DNA of 64,000 nt from an uncultured Verrucomicrobiae bacterium (GTDB lineage: Bacteria; Verrucomicrobiota; Verrucomicrobiia; Chthoniobacterales; JAFAMB01): positions 70,296 to 134,295 of the forward strand of contig CAVZKG010000004.1 in NCBI GenBank assembly GCA_963775805.1, read 5' to 3'. Under the pieces are notes generated by a model that had not been told where the DNA came from, searched no databases, and worked only from the letters and a program-made list of their open reading frames with translations. A program made the translations under genes and the position numbers. Below, one piece after another: positions 52,101 through 60,731 of this stretch. Position 1 is the first letter of the stretch, and each line of letters begins with the position of its first letter.

Positions 52101-52705
52101 GCGGCGAGTTCAAAGTGAGCGACCGCAGCAACCTGGACTATCAAATCCCGCTCCAGTATCTGGAGATTGCGAATACGGCGACGTTTCAGTCAGGACTGAC
52201 ACTATCGCTCCCGACGAGACTGATTATAGCGACACCCGATCAGCCGTTCTCCTGGGATACGTCTCCTGCGGTTGGCGTCGCGGCATCGGGAAGCCGAGAG
52301 ATTATTGGCGCTGGAGCACTTACGAATGTTTTTGCATACCGGTTCCCGGGATTTACGCTCACGTACGGAAACTACATCAGCTTTTTCGACGGAGATGTGA
52401 TGAGCGATGATGACGAGCAGTTTCCAGTCGGGGTGGATCAATCGATCTTGAAAAACGGCCTGAAATTAACGGTGCCGTTCGGCAAGGGGTGGATCGTCCA
52501 ATGCTACGGCATTTACACTGAGTTTTTGCGCACTGCAGCAGTCTCCTCGTACGTCACGGTCGGTTTCGAGCTGGGCCGTCATTTTGTCTGGAACGTGGAG
52601 GGCAAGGATGTCGATCTTGGTTATCTAAGTTTTGGACTCTATACGGAGCAGGGTAACCGATACAGCTCCGGTCACTTTCGCGTCGGGTCCGCGTGGCGGT
52701 TTTGA
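49157..52705 (+). CDS. Autotransporter-like outer-membrane protein with autotransporter-associated beta-strand repeats and a C-terminal beta-barrel
   Basis: Signal peptide: SLRIPFLLAALTFVWFSGLESSRAQ. Repeated G.G.L.L.G.N.F.G...I..GT units include GPGVLTLTGNNSFAGEIFIDEGTIVAG, NTGTWTIDEALTYSGGTNINGGTLVAG and GSGTWVIDTPTSAPTGTDVNLGTLQVD. The C-terminus alternates beta-strands and ends in ...RVGSAWRF, an aromatic terminal residue typical of OMP barrels. Confidence 0.85.
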   Translation: MRNCHGWQKSLRIPFLLAALTFVWFSGLESSRAQDLTWSPEAADGNWFTAGNWVLNNEGATAPPTAAESASVNGTAPATAVPAPNIGTPGAVANQLLIGATIGEGGVIAAAAGQVNVSGNGASLTLSGTDLTVGRSLEVVAGTLSVTNGGSLITSGTEVGAIEAGAQSVVEIEGAGSTWTENGTLDIGAGNTANVIVADGGSFRGAQPVTIESFNGTIQIGEGGAAGTFNAPSIVNNGEIVADFTDATTISAQISGEGEVDMDGPGVLTLTGNNSFAGEIFIDEGTIVAGATNALGSSFVQATGTTSTLQINAGTTQTNDVTLAGGATLNNFGTLIGPVEEGPTVVVFSDGTVNNAAGASIINASDVAIAGEVEEEGGPEESVGASQLRAAAIAPDPLVVTNAGMISGTTGIQVFDLVDGSITNASTGTIIGTAGTAIDGTQGGTVTLSNAGIIRGNVLLAAFPNTVTLITGGQIVGDLNLGDATEASLILDGTGASNLSQAVTGAITNFNSLTKQNTGTWTIDEALTYSGGTNINGGTLVAGVNNAFGSGLVSANGSGVLQVNAGITVQNFIQLNNGGSLVNGGVVGVSGDGSSLTAAITAAGGATITNNRGATITGTGLIGIQSASGSTTVTNAGSISGIQGVELNGGGTVTNNATGVVTGSSGTAVSMAGNNAMLSNSGLISGNVALNALSNSVQLFSGSRIAGSLALSSSGTNQLILDGAGTATISQAVTGSITNAGTLIKQGSGTWVIDTPTSAPTGTDVNLGTLQVDSRLATAVLMVQQGATLKGSGVIDLAGGTVVNAGMLAPGDSPGTLTLIGNFTQTSSGTFNVLILSPTEFDRLNVTGHASLAGTLKLTLGSGYIPAPGTQFTILTAAGGISGTFQKIVTSGGGNFGVTYKNGVVQIVASSPAKIEPTIFHFSDGTPSSTTALMADAMFYDFTSLSTEMAESGKANSIGVSFDGGTFTYQGHHGDQYGFPISGEFKVSDRSNLDYQIPLQYLEIANTATFQSGLTLSLPTRLIIATPDQPFSWDTSPAVGVAASGSREIIGAGALTNVFAYRFPGFTLTYGNYISFFDGDVMSDDDEQFPVGVDQSILKNGLKLTVPFGKGWIVQCYGIYTEFLRTAAVSSYVTVGFELGRHFVWNVEGKDVDLGYLSFGLYTEQGNRYSSGHFRVGSAWRF

Positions 52706-52792
52706 GATGATTGCGAGTGATTTTCAACAACAAGTGTGTCCGACTACCTTTATAATTTGTTTCGTTGACTGGCGCTCTGTTAAATTCCTCCC

Positions 52793-52984
52793 ATGGAATC
52801 AACCAGCACGAAGACATCTTGCGCAGCCTGCGCTTATTGGAAAGGAACTGGAGAAGAAAAAGGGGAATGCCACCGTCACGCACCTCAAGCGATCGTATTC
52901 AACGTCGACGCCGGGCTTAAATTTGAATCGCATTTCCCTGTCACCTCGGGTGACGACTGGTGCGGCGATTTTTTTCAGAAATAG
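52793..52984 (+). CDS. Small Cys-rich hypothetical protein (63 aa)
   Basis: MESTSTKTSCAACAYWKGTGEEKGECHRHAPQ...FPVTSGDDWCGDFFQK. It shows the pattern CxxC ... GxC(H/R)RHAP ... DWCG(D/E)F, which I have seen recurrently in small bacterial hypotheticals. Confidence 0.45.
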   Translation: MESTSTKTSCAACAYWKGTGEEKGECHRHAPQAIVFNVDAGLKFESHFPVTSGDDWCGDFFQK

Positions 52985-53048
52985 AACAACTATTTGTTCG
53001 CTTTGGCGTGCGATTTGCCAAAGTCAAAAAGTTCGATAACTTCCACCG

Positions 53049-53429
53049 GTGTTCAGTGATCCGGTGGAAGCGGTTATTGCAAGGCTTTGCCCCCTCTTTT
53101 CGAGGCAGGCCGACGAAATTCTGGATTTGAGAGATTCCGTTCAAAGGCGTGTCCGACCCGGACTCTGTGTAAGTTGTTATTTCAAGCTTAGCTCCGGCAG
53201 TACTTCCGCTTCGGAGTCTCTTTTATTTCCATTGCGTACATGGTTGGAATCGAACATCGAAGTGGTCGCTTTTGACAGCTCGGCAACTGTGCTCGAACAT
53301 CTTCCTTTGAGGCTTGATCGTCCCGATCTGGAATCTTATTGCACCCAGGTCATTGAGGAATTCAGGGACAACCGCGCCTATTCGAGTGAGGTGTTGACGC
53401 TTGAGTTCCGGTACAAGGAAGCGGCCTAG
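53049..53429 (+). CDS. Hypothetical protein (126 aa, GTG start)
   Basis: This is only an open frame in an otherwise empty gap, with no recognisable motif. Confidence 0.3.
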   Translation: MFSDPVEAVIARLCPLFSRQADEILDLRDSVQRRVRPGLCVSCYFKLSSGSTSASESLLFPLRTWLESNIEVVAFDSSATVLEHLPLRLDRPDLESYCTQVIEEFRDNRAYSSEVLTLEFRYKEAA

Positions 53430-53434
53430 GGCAA

Positions 53435-54481
53435 CTACACTCGCTTCTTTCGAGGAGCCGTGGTGCTTTCGCGAACGATCATTTCCGGCCGGAAGACTCT
53501 CCGAAGATTGGCTCCTGGGGTCCCTCGAATTCGAGCAAATAGAATTTCGAGACTTTCTCGTGCCATGACGCCGAAGTCCGACGTCGCCGTCGTGAGAGGC
53601 GGATGGAAAAAACGGCCTTCCGGCATATTGTCGAACCCGACCACCGACACCTCCCGTGGAACTTCAACCCCGGCTTCATGGAGCGCGAGCAGCGCTCCCA
53701 TCGCGATCAAATCGTTTGCGGCGAATATTGCCGTGAATTTTGATGCCGAATTCTTGATTAACTCCTTCGTCGCCTCGTAGCCGCCTTCCGGAGTCCAGGG
53801 CGTGTCCCTGATTGGACCTGGCGTCAGTCCAGAAGCCTTGAGTTCGGCTAACCATCCGTTTCGCCTCAGTTTCGAACTTCTGTAGGGTTTGTACCCGATC
53901 AATCCCGCGATGTGCCGATGGCCGAGTGCGACGAGGTGCCGGGTCGCCAGTCTCGATCCATGGACATGATCGACTCGATAGGACGGAAACAGATCACCTC
54001 CATCGATATCGAGAGTGACAAACGGAAATTTCCCAAGAGCATTTGCCAGCGCATTTCGGTTGATATCAACCGGCACGTCGACAATCAGTCCCTCGGCCGA
54101 ATTTGCAATCAGCTCCTCGGCACCGATTTTGGCTTCCGCGATAGTCAAATCGCGGAGTCCAAAGATCATGAGCGTATAGCCATGCAACCTTGCCTCCTGC
54201 TCAAGACTAAGGATCGCGTGGGCAGGTCCGTACACGCCTGGGTCATCTGTCACCAGACCGATGAGAGTCGAACGACGATTGGCCAAAAATCTCGCAGCCT
54301 GATTTGGCCTGTACCCCATCACGTCGATTGCTTGAAGGACGCGTTGGCGAGTCTCGGGTAGCACCCTTGGGTGGTTATTTATGACGCGCGAAACTGTCTG
54401 ATGTGAGACGCCCAACGTTTTGGCGACATCGTTTAGTGTTGGACGCTTGCTATCCGGGGGCGAAAGTTGACTCAGTCTCAT
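53435..54481 (-). CDS. LacI-family transcriptional regulator
   Basis: HTH region: PTLNDVAKTLGVSHQTVSRVINNHPRVLPETRQRVLQAIDVMGYRPNQAARFL, followed by a periplasmic-binding-protein-like sugar-binding core. The start is placed at Met40 (ATG 54481, MRLSQLSPPDSKRPTL). Met16 (54553) is also possible. Confidence 0.88.
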   Translation of the reverse strand: MRLSQLSPPDSKRPTLNDVAKTLGVSHQTVSRVINNHPRVLPETRQRVLQAIDVMGYRPNQAARFLANRRSTLIGLVTDDPGVYGPAHAILSLEQEARLHGYTLMIFGLRDLTIAEAKIGAEELIANSAEGLIVDVPVDINRNALANALGKFPFVTLDIDGGDLFPSYRVDHVHGSRLATRHLVALGHRHIAGLIGYKPYRSSKLRRNGWLAELKASGLTPGPIRDTPWTPEGGYEATKELIKNSASKFTAIFAANDLIAMGALLALHEAGVEVPREVSVVGFDNMPEGRFFHPPLTTATSDFGVMARESLEILFARIRGTPGANLRRVFRPEMIVRESTTAPRKKRV

Positions 54482-54715
54482 TAACCTCTCTGATTCTGCG
54501 TTCGCCGGATTGACTGGTCGACTCAAAATTTCGGTTTTGGCTGACTTTCTCATCTTCAGACTGCGTAAATCAACCGATTCGCAAACCGAATGAATCACAT
54601 TTCAAATGGATCATTGTGCAGCAAGTTGAAACGACCTTTTAACCGGCTTCGGGTGTTGGACTCGATGGTCGGATCGCTTTGGACTCAGGCGGAATGAAAA
54701 TTTGACGCTCGACGA

Positions 54716-54729
54716 TGTTCACGCTAACA
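54716..54729. promoter_or_regulatory. Candidate LacI-type operator TGTTCA-CG-CTAACA (10/14 symmetric) between the LacI and GH116 genes
   Basis: Read directly from the sequence. It has a central CG and TGT/ACA ends like LacI/GalR-family operators, but the symmetry is imperfect. Confidence 0.2.
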
Positions 54730-54856
54730 TTCGGTCGGTTTTTTTACCCTCGTCGTAACGCTTCCCCCTAATCGATGCACCTCCGCTTATGCTGCTCGGC
54801 TCGTTAATGGTCCCAAACCAGATAACTGCCATCTCAGGCTTAAAAGGTTAATCTCA

Positions 54857-57382
54857 ATGGAATTCGAATCTGGGTCGAGCTGGCCCATACTGCGTCGTTA
54901 TCAAAAAGAACACACTCATAAGATCGCTTTACCGCTGGGCGGAATCGGGACAGGCACAGTCTCGCTTGGCGGCAGAGGCGATCTGCGCGATTGGGAAATA
55001 GTCAATCGACCCGCGAAAGGATTCGCTCCGCGCCATGGATTTTTTGCAATCCGTGTGGCGGAACCTGGCAAAGATCCGATTGCCAAGGCGCTCGAAGGCG
55101 AGATCCCAGAAGAATTGTATGAGGGCTGGAGCGGCAGCGCAGTCCCAAATGCGGGGTTACCCCGGTTCAATGAACACCGATTCGAAGCGTGTTATCCGTT
55201 CGGGCGTGTCCTCTTGAGCGATCCGGAAATACCCTTGCAGGTCCGATTGGAAGCATTTAATCCCCTCATTCCGCCGGACGCCGACGTGAGCGGCTTGCCC
55301 ATTGCCGTTCTGCGCTTCGTATTAGTCAATGAGCGTGCGGTAGATATCGGTGCTACGATTTGTGGTTCGATTCAGAATTTCATCGGCGCAGACGGATCGC
55401 AGGGCGCGCCGCAGAAAAACCGAAACGCGTTCAGAGAAGACGGCAATCTGAAAGGCATCTATTTCGCTTCGAATGGCGTCAATTCAAGTGCTGAACAATG
55501 GGGGACAATTGCGCTGACGACAACCAGCCCCGGTCAGGTTTCCTATCGTACGAGCTGGGCCGATCTGATCTGGGGCGATTCGCTTCTTGATTTCTGGGAT
55601 GATCTTCTCGTGGATGGGCGTCTGGATGAGCGAAAGAGCGAATTGGATGCGCCTACCGGTTCACTTGCGGTGTCCGTGGTAGTTCCTGCCAATGGGACAT
55701 TGGATGTCACGTTTTTGCTGACGTGGGATTTTCCGAACCGGTTGTCGTGGCGCGCTCCCGACCGGAATCCTCAAACATGGGATAACGATCTTCGCCGCAT
55801 TGGAAACTACTATTCTGAGAAATTTGCCGATGCGTGGGACGTTGCCAGGAGTGTCGCTCCTCAATTGACGGAGCTTGAGCGGCGCTCAAAAGAGTTCGTG
55901 GCCGCGATCTGTGAAAGCGATCTGCCGTTGGCGGTCCGGGAGGCGGCCCTGTTTAATCTGAGCACGCTGCGGACTCAGACCTGTTTTCGCACACCGGACG
56001 GCTATCTGTTCGGGTGGGAAGGATGCCAGGATAAGTTTGGATCCTGTTTTGGGAGTTGCACGCATGTCTGGAATTACGAGCAGGCCACAGCATTTCTATT
56101 TGGTGATTTGGCCAGGAGCATGCGGGAGGTAGAGTTTCTCTATTCCGTGGACGAGCGCGGTTTGATGAGTTTTCGAGTGAACCTTCCGCTCGAGTACGGA
56201 AAGCAATTCGGGGTTGCAGCTGCCGATGGTCAAATGGGGTGCATTATCAAGGTCTTTCGCGATTGGAAACTCTCCGGCGAGGAATCGTTTCTGGCTAAGC
56301 TTTGGCCGCAGGTTCGCAGGACGCTTGAGTTCTGCTGGGTCGAAGGAGGGTGGGATGCCGACCAGGACGGTGTCATGGAAGGATGCCAGCACAATACGAT
56401 GGACGTGGAGTATTACGGTCCCAACCCGCAAATGGGCTTCCTCTACCTTGGCGCACTGAGGGCCGCCGAAGAGATGGCGCGCAGCATGGGTGAAAAGACA
56501 TTTGCAGATCGATGCCGCGCGCTTTTCGAGAATGGCAGCCGGTTGATCGATGAAATCTTGTTTAACGGCGAATATTACGAGCATCGGGTGCAACCGCCCA
56601 AAGGCGGGGAAATAGCCGAAGGTCTGCGATGGAATTTGGGCGCTCAGGACTTTGATAACCCTGAACTGCAGCTCGGTGCGGGCTGTCTTGTAGACCAGCT
56701 TTTTGGACAGTTTTTTGCGCACATTACAGGACTCGGATATTTGGCCAAACCCGAAAACATTTCCCGTGCACTTGCCAGCGTTCTGAAATTCAATTTCAGG
56801 CGCAGCTTTGAAAATCATTTCAATCACATGCGTTCCTATGTTTTGAACGACGAGGCGGCTCTCTTGATGGCCTCCTATCCGCATGGCAACAGACCCACAA
56901 GACCGTTTCCCTATTTTAACGAAGTGATGACCGGATTTGAATACACCGCGGCCGTCGGAATGATCTACGAAGGAGCTCTGGAGGATGGCCTCGTTTGCAT
57001 CGAAGCGGTTCGTAATCGCTATGATGGGAAACGACGCAGTCCCTTCAACGAGGCGGAGTGCGGGCATCACTATGCACGAGCGATGGCGAGTTGGGCTGCC
57101 ATATTGGCGCTGACAGGCTTCCAATACGACGGCGTCGCTGCCGGAATCAGTTTCGCGACTGCCACGAAGCGCTCGCGGCAATTCTGGTCAAATGGTAGTT
57201 CGTGGGGAACGATTCTTCAGGAACCCGAAAGGGACGCGATCACTTGTCACTTGGCTATTGGCGCAGGGATCTTAAAGGTGCAAACATTGACCCTTACCGG
57301 ATTCGGATCCGCAAGCCTCGAGACGAATCAGAGTCTGGCAGCCGGCGAGGTAGTCTCTCTGACTGTCCGGCGAGAGCATTAG
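54857..57382 (+). CDS. Glycoside hydrolase family 116 (GBA2-type beta-glucosidase / glucosylceramidase-like)
   Basis: The N-terminal signature is IALPLGGIGTGTVSLGGRGDLRDWEIVNRPAKGF. The size (841 aa) and the (alpha/alpha)6-like C-terminal half (GWEGCQDKFGSCFGSCTHVWNYEQA) fit GH116. Confidence 0.82.
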   Translation: MEFESGSSWPILRRYQKEHTHKIALPLGGIGTGTVSLGGRGDLRDWEIVNRPAKGFAPRHGFFAIRVAEPGKDPIAKALEGEIPEELYEGWSGSAVPNAGLPRFNEHRFEACYPFGRVLLSDPEIPLQVRLEAFNPLIPPDADVSGLPIAVLRFVLVNERAVDIGATICGSIQNFIGADGSQGAPQKNRNAFREDGNLKGIYFASNGVNSSAEQWGTIALTTTSPGQVSYRTSWADLIWGDSLLDFWDDLLVDGRLDERKSELDAPTGSLAVSVVVPANGTLDVTFLLTWDFPNRLSWRAPDRNPQTWDNDLRRIGNYYSEKFADAWDVARSVAPQLTELERRSKEFVAAICESDLPLAVREAALFNLSTLRTQTCFRTPDGYLFGWEGCQDKFGSCFGSCTHVWNYEQATAFLFGDLARSMREVEFLYSVDERGLMSFRVNLPLEYGKQFGVAAADGQMGCIIKVFRDWKLSGEESFLAKLWPQVRRTLEFCWVEGGWDADQDGVMEGCQHNTMDVEYYGPNPQMGFLYLGALRAAEEMARSMGEKTFADRCRALFENGSRLIDEILFNGEYYEHRVQPPKGGEIAEGLRWNLGAQDFDNPELQLGAGCLVDQLFGQFFAHITGLGYLAKPENISRALASVLKFNFRRSFENHFNHMRSYVLNDEAALLMASYPHGNRPTRPFPYFNEVMTGFEYTAAVGMIYEGALEDGLVCIEAVRNRYDGKRRSPFNEAECGHHYARAMASWAAILALTGFQYDGVAAGISFATATKRSRQFWSNGSSWGTILQEPERDAITCHLAIGAGILKVQTLTLTGFGSASLETNQSLAAGEVVSLTVRREH

Positions 57383-57424
57383 CCGGAAGGTCGGAAGTCT
57401 GCGTCTCCGCATATAGGACGTATC

Positions 57425-60400
57425 CTACCGTAGCCAGACTTCAACGCGCCGATTTTGTTCGCGGCCCTCCTCTGTATCGTTCGGAGCGACCGGCATGGCT
57501 TTCCCGTAGCCGGTAATAAGCGCCGGATTGAGATTTTGCTTTTTCAGTTCTTCCGCGACGACTTGAGCGCGTATCTTCGAGAGCCTGGTGTTTGATCTTG
57601 TTCCACCGATGTTATCCGAGAACCCGAACAACAGCAAAGTTTTGCCTTGGTAAGCAGGACTTTGAAGCAATTCGATCAATCTCCGCACATTCTCCATCGC
57701 TTCGTCGTCAAGCCGGGTGCTCCCCGGATGAAAATGAAGGATGATGTTCAGCTTTCCGGCACCGCGGGCGTCGTCCGCATACCCAGGCGGTGCGTCGGCA
57801 GGGATTACAGGACTGACTAGTTCAATTTTCTGACTCGAGAATTGCAGCCGCCCAATGTTGCTCGCGCCCATATTCTTGGCGGCCTGAACCAGCGCGGTGG
57901 CGAATGTGTCGACGTTCTTATTCTGAACGAACAGTGTAACCGCGTCGTTTAAAGCCTTCTGGAAAGACTCCGGGGCCGCGCCTCCGTGAACACAGCTCGC
58001 AACGAGTTTGTCCTTCGCGAACTCGTCCATTGACCATTGGTGGTATACGTCAAATTTTGACTTGTCTACGTCTGTCCTTGCCGGAATAGAACCTTTCAAA
58101 GGATTGAAGGCTTCCTGAGCTTCCTTGCTGCCGATGCTTTTCAACCACGCGATCGCCGATTCTTTATGCGGCGCGCCTTTCGCGAGCGTAAATCCATCCG
58201 CAACGATAATAAATGATCCGCTGGTTCCTGGATGGTTTACCCACCCGAAGTCCTGATTCTCCTTGAGATTGGCTTTGATGAACTCGCCGTCCGCCCAATC
58301 TCCCATCGAGTTGAACGCAACTTTACCGTCCATTAATTCCTTAACCGCCTGGTCCCAGGTAAGATTGGCGTGATCCGGGTTAATGTAGCTCTGCATCTTC
58401 GCGAAGTACTCCATCGCCTTTTTCACTCTCGGATCGTCCCATCTCGCGCGACCGCTAAAGAGATCAGCCCAATCTTGGGGACCGACTACGCCAAGAAGCG
58501 TATTTTCGAAAAGCTGGGCCGAAGCCCAGATCCCGGAGTCACCCACCCCGAGCGCTGGAATGCCAGCCTGCTTCAATTTGTCGCAAATCGCGAAGAACTG
58601 GTCGAATGATAAATCGCCACTGATTTTAATTCCGTATTTTTCCAGTAACTTCTTGTTGTACCAGAGAACGTTGCCGTGGTGTACACCGGTTAACACGGCG
58701 TAGGCTTTGCCGTCTTGGGACACCATGTCGACGAGTGCTTTTGGATAGGCTTTGTTCCAGTCGTCACTTTGATATAGCTCGGTGATCGGGTCGCAGTAAC
58801 CCGGCGCAACATATTGGCCGATCAATTCCCAACCAGGATGCGTTTGCCAGGTATCGGGCGGGTTATTGACCGCCAGTCGAGTCTGGAGAACCGGTTTGGC
58901 GCCGCTGCCGCCGCCGCCTGCAACGGTGGCGTTGATGATTCCCACACCAGGATATTGTTGTTTGTATGTATTGAACAAAGCGTTGAGCGCCGCCGCTTCA
59001 CCGCCGGATGTCCACCAGGAAAAAACCTCCAGCTTCGGACGTGTGAATTCAACGAACTTGCGCGTCCAGTTGTTTTGAGGATTCGCCGGAATATACAGAT
59101 AAAGCCGGCGGGAGAGAGGGTACGATTGGGTGGCGATAGAGAGCGTTGTCGGCAGAATCGGTTTTCCGGCAGCATCGGCGATTCCGAGAACTTTTGTGCT
59201 TCGTGAAAAGGATTGGCCGGTTAAGCCGATTCCATTCGGATCGGTTGCGACCGCATCGGCAAGCCTCGCGTTGTCTTCAAAACGGGAAGCGCGCGCCGAG
59301 ATCTTTTGCGAACCGAGCACCAACGAATTAAACGTATCCAGCGTACCGGAATTATCATCGGGAGCGTAGAGATAGATTGGACCTGAAGTGCCGCCTAACT
59401 GCGACCAGTCATTCGTCTTACCGGTGAAGATGTCTGCCAACTGCTGTTTCGTTAATGAATTAACCGGATTGTTCCGATTGACGACGATCGCAATTCCGTC
59501 CAGGCCCAGAAGATTCTGGCTCGTTGACGAAGTTAGGTTCCCAAGTCCGGCCGCAGCACATTTGTTGGACTCGTCCGAATTGATAGGGCGAGATGACATG
59601 GCAATGTCGCAGTTGCCACTGGCGAGATCTTGGAAGCCGGTCGAGGAACCGTGCGCTTGAATCTCGAACGTGACGTTCTCGTTAGACTCGCCCGGCAACA
59701 CCGCCTCGATCTCAACTTCATCATCTCTGGAGCCCGGCCTCAGCTGCACAGAGGTTGCTCCTTCGTATTTCAAAAAATCTTCGCACAAGGTCGGGATCAG
59801 CTCTTTCCCGATCGTATTTGAGCCATGGAGTCGTAGCGCGATCTTGTGATCGGCCGGACTTGGAAGAGTTGGTGGGGGAGCAGGGGTGTTTGCCGGTGCC
59901 GGCGCAGGAGTAGAAGCTTGTGCTATAACAGGTGTTGGCTGCGCCGTGACCGGAGCAGGCTGGGAAGTTTGTGTCGCAGTCGGGGCCGGCCGCGGAGATG
60001 CTGGAGCCGCTTGAGCAGCCGGTTCTCCACCTCCTTGTGAACTTGCGTTGATAACCCGGAGGCTCGCAAACTCCCAGGTATTCTGCGTGTTCTGGGCCGA
60101 CCCTCCCGAAATTCCGACGCAGCCGCCGCCTTGCGGCGGCTGACCGTTGATGCTGATGATCTGTTTATCGTTTATGTAAGCTGTCGCCTGGCGACCTTTG
60201 GTTACGACTCGGAGCTTGTTCTCTTGGCCAATGCCTTTGTTGATTGCCGTGCTTTCAGTCCACCCAACAGGAGTGAGCCATCGATCCGTCACGAAATGAC
60301 TGATCTTGAAAGAACCATTTGCTGAAATACTAAAACAATAAAAATTAGAGTAATCTTTTGCCCAGAATATCAGCCCGCCCGGCACGACGGGGTCTCCTGC

Positions 60401-60664
60401 CGCCAGCTTGATGTCGAGCTGAATATCGGCATCGTCGAAAACATTCGACTCATTCAGGACGCTCTGTGTCGTGTTCAGCACCGGCTTGAGCACTAACTTT
60501 CCATCCTTTACGCTCAGGATATCACCCGCCGTTCCCCAACTCGGGTCGAGGTTTGTAAAATCATCCTCGTAGAGGACGTCTGCCCCGTATGTGTATTTCA
60601 CGGAAGTAGAAATCAGAAATGCGATAACTACGGAAATGCAGGCTTTATAAACTGTCGGCTTCAT
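57425..60664 (-). CDS. Secreted four-domain fusion: LamG/DUF1080-like jelly-roll, Pro/Ala/Thr linker, PstS-like phosphate-binding domain, carbohydrate family-1 SBP domain, OmpA-like peptidoglycan-binding domain
   Basis: Signal: MKPTVYKACISVVIAFLISTSVKYTYG. Jelly-roll: aa ~30-205. Linker: aa 210-270 (PAPTATQTSQPAPVTAQPTPV...). PstS-like: aa ~272-540 (LHGSNTIG...GFQDLASGNCDIAMSSRPI...LGLDGIAIVVNRNNPVNSLTKQQLADIFTGK...YPLSRRLYLYIP). Sugar SBP: aa ~543-935 (LEVFSWWTSGGEAAALNALF...DTWQTHPGWE...). OmpA-like: aa ~970-1079 (FHPGSTRLDDEAM...LLLFGFSDNIGGTRSNTRLSKIRAQVV...NRRVEVWLR). Confidence 0.8.
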   Translation of the reverse strand: MKPTVYKACISVVIAFLISTSVKYTYGADVLYEDDFTNLDPSWGTAGDILSVKDGKLVLKPVLNTTQSVLNESNVFDDADIQLDIKLAAGDPVVPGGLIFWAKDYSNFYCFSISANGSFKISHFVTDRWLTPVGWTESTAINKGIGQENKLRVVTKGRQATAYINDKQIISINGQPPQGGGCVGISGGSAQNTQNTWEFASLRVINASSQGGGEPAAQAAPASPRPAPTATQTSQPAPVTAQPTPVIAQASTPAPAPANTPAPPPTLPSPADHKIALRLHGSNTIGKELIPTLCEDFLKYEGATSVQLRPGSRDDEVEIEAVLPGESNENVTFEIQAHGSSTGFQDLASGNCDIAMSSRPINSDESNKCAAAGLGNLTSSTSQNLLGLDGIAIVVNRNNPVNSLTKQQLADIFTGKTNDWSQLGGTSGPIYLYAPDDNSGTLDTFNSLVLGSQKISARASRFEDNARLADAVATDPNGIGLTGQSFSRSTKVLGIADAAGKPILPTTLSIATQSYPLSRRLYLYIPANPQNNWTRKFVEFTRPKLEVFSWWTSGGEAAALNALFNTYKQQYPGVGIINATVAGGGGSGAKPVLQTRLAVNNPPDTWQTHPGWELIGQYVAPGYCDPITELYQSDDWNKAYPKALVDMVSQDGKAYAVLTGVHHGNVLWYNKKLLEKYGIKISGDLSFDQFFAICDKLKQAGIPALGVGDSGIWASAQLFENTLLGVVGPQDWADLFSGRARWDDPRVKKAMEYFAKMQSYINPDHANLTWDQAVKELMDGKVAFNSMGDWADGEFIKANLKENQDFGWVNHPGTSGSFIIVADGFTLAKGAPHKESAIAWLKSIGSKEAQEAFNPLKGSIPARTDVDKSKFDVYHQWSMDEFAKDKLVASCVHGGAAPESFQKALNDAVTLFVQNKNVDTFATALVQAAKNMGASNIGRLQFSSQKIELVSPVIPADAPPGYADDARGAGKLNIILHFHPGSTRLDDEAMENVRRLIELLQSPAYQGKTLLLFGFSDNIGGTRSNTRLSKIRAQVVAEELKKQNLNPALITGYGKAMPVAPNDTEEGREQNRRVEVWLR

Positions 60665-60731
60665 ATTTCGTCCATGGGGTGGGGAACCAGATTTACGGCG
60701 GGTTTTTCCTGCCGAGTCCTGATGCGTGGCC

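Noticed and set aside
56096-57181. A 361-aa minus-strand ORF inside the GH116 gene
   Set aside because: It is antisense to a continuous 841-aa frame carrying the GH116 N-terminal signature. The minus frame has no motifs of its own.
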